Shown: piece after piece, positions 63,080 to 64,000 of the stretch
How positions within the stretch are numbered: the stretch's first letter is position 1
Layout of the letters: each line of letters begins with the position of its first letter
Virus record (IMG/VR): IMGVR_UViG_3300026484_000436
Coordinates: 1 to 64,000 of that record
Source: a virus
DNA: 64,000 bases
Direction: 5' to 3' (one strand)
Program-made: the position numbers and the translations under genes
The notes under the pieces: model-generated
Seen by the model: the letters and a program-made list of their open reading frames with translations, nothing else
The model's database searches: none
What the model was told of the DNA's origin: nothing

Positions 63080-63998
63080 TTAAATCGACTATATCTATAT
63101 CAATGACATATTCTTTTTTACAATTTGGGCAAGTTAAAATTATGTTTTCTAAATCTATATCAAATCTAACAATCTGCTCATCTAATTTTAACACTTCTGA
63201 AGGCATTGAGTATTTTATAACATCAATCTTTTGCTGTAAAATCATATCCTCATTTTTTATATATAATGCTTTTACAATCGTTTCGTCAGAAGTATTTAAT
63301 TCATCTTGCAATCTTTCAAGATTTTTTTCGAGAAAAATATAATCACGAATTGTAAGTGGTGCTAATTCTAATTCAACACCTTCAAGATTGAAATAAATAG
63401 GCACTTCGACATTTGAATCCTCAACCCTAAATGCCAAATCTGCAAGTGTTATTTTTGAATTTATAACTGTATTACATTTAACCCTTAAATTGTCTGGATT
63501 GCTTTTAAGTTTATCTATTTCCTTTTGAAGTTCCCCAATTTCTTTAACTAATTTTTCAATATCACTTTCTGCCTTTTTCAAATTTTCGTCTTTGAAATTA
63601 GGTAAAGTCATATTTATATTCTCTAAAATAATTTGTTTGTTTTTTATCATTTTTTCGTTTTTTGTAATTTTTGGGTTGTCAATTATATTATCACATCTAA
63701 AATTCGGACTCCAAGAATGTTCTGGGTTTGTATAAAGATTTGAAATTGTAGTTGCTAAAACAAAATCTGAAATTTCCATATCTTCGATAGTCATATTTGG
63801 GTCTTCAAATTTTATGGCATTTCTAAAAACCTTTACACCTTCAGCAATTGAATAATCATTATTGAACTTTGATAATTCTCTAACCTCATCAAAAAACAAT
63901 CCTCTAACATAAAATGCTTTATTTGACCCATAACTTCTAAACATTGAAGGGGTTTCTTCAACTTTTTGATATTCTATTTCTTTTTCGATTGTCCCCAA
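63060..63998 (-). CDS. baseplate hub / tail assembly chaperone (gp26-like); start may lie beyond the window
   Basis: LAPLTIRDYI, LTCPNCKKEYVIDI C-terminus; position upstream of the tape measure. Confidence 0.72.
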   Translation of the reverse strand: MGTIEKEIEYQKVEETPSMFRSYGSNKAFYVRGLFFDEVRELSKFNNDYSIAEGVKVFRNAIKFEDPNMTIEDMEISDFVLATTISNLYTNPEHSWSPNFRCDNIIDNPKITKNEKMIKNKQIILENINMTLPNFKDENLKKAESDIEKLVKEIGELQKEIDKLKSNPDNLRVKCNTVINSKITLADLAFRVEDSNVEVPIYFNLEGVELELAPLTIRDYIFLEKNLERLQDELNTSDETIVKALYIKNEDMILQQKIDVIKYSMPSEVLKLDEQIVRFDIDLENIILTCPNCKKEYVIDIDIVDLKVYPRL

Positions 63999-64000
63999 TT

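Noticed and set aside
4739-63342. All other plus-strand ORFs and nested minus-strand ORFs (e.g. 13674-14249, 60165-60653, 28568-28777, 29675-29977, 62692-62982)
   Set aside because: They overlap well-supported minus-strand genes and show no recognisable motifs.
1-64000. Stop-codon reassignment as the cause of the split genes
   Set aside because: Core genes are full length in the standard code, and the fragments end in TAA and are separated by whole genes.
1-64000. tRNA, rRNA or other known ncRNA genes
   Set aside because: Intergenic gaps are short and I saw no cloverleaf or T-loop signature; not checked computationally.

Overview
This window is 64 kb of a very AT-rich, T4-related contractile-tailed dsDNA phage. 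Essentially all real genes are on the minus strand and translate cleanly in the standard bacterial code; the plus-strand ORFs are antisense shadows. Read in the direction of transcription (right to left) it holds: a tail-assembly chaperone, tape measure and baseplate genes (gp48/54-, gp53-, gp27-, gp5-, gp25-, gp6-like); a ~21 kb block of tail-fibre and fibre-associated genes, including a 1527-aa coiled coil built of 18-aa repeats and lectin-tipped fibres; neck, terminase, portal, protease-scaffold, major capsid, sheath and tube genes; a gp55-like late sigma factor; and a type IIA topoisomerase module with a DNA-modification-type glycosyltransferase. The most notable feature is that three core genes are fractured. 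(1) The large terminase is split at its Walker A motif by an atypically split intein (27-aa IntN, 140-aa IntC), with a Hef/Vsr-like endonuclease between 60-bp direct repeats in the gap. (2) The topoisomerase ATPase subunit is split between its GHKL and transducer domains by a five-gene island, with no intein. (3) The gp5 spike is split into an OB-fold gene and a beta-helix gene around an 826-aa gene with amphipathic helices. Other observations: a probable +1/-2 frameshift extension of the tail chaperone, a ~90-aa insertion in the late sigma factor together with a TTAAATA late-promoter motif, and short peptide motifs shared between head proteins. All assignments come from motif recognition by eye; no searches were run. 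The host cannot be determined. TGnTATAAT promoters, AAGGA ribosome-binding sites and low GC would fit Campylobacterota or a similar low-GC host, but that is weak inference.
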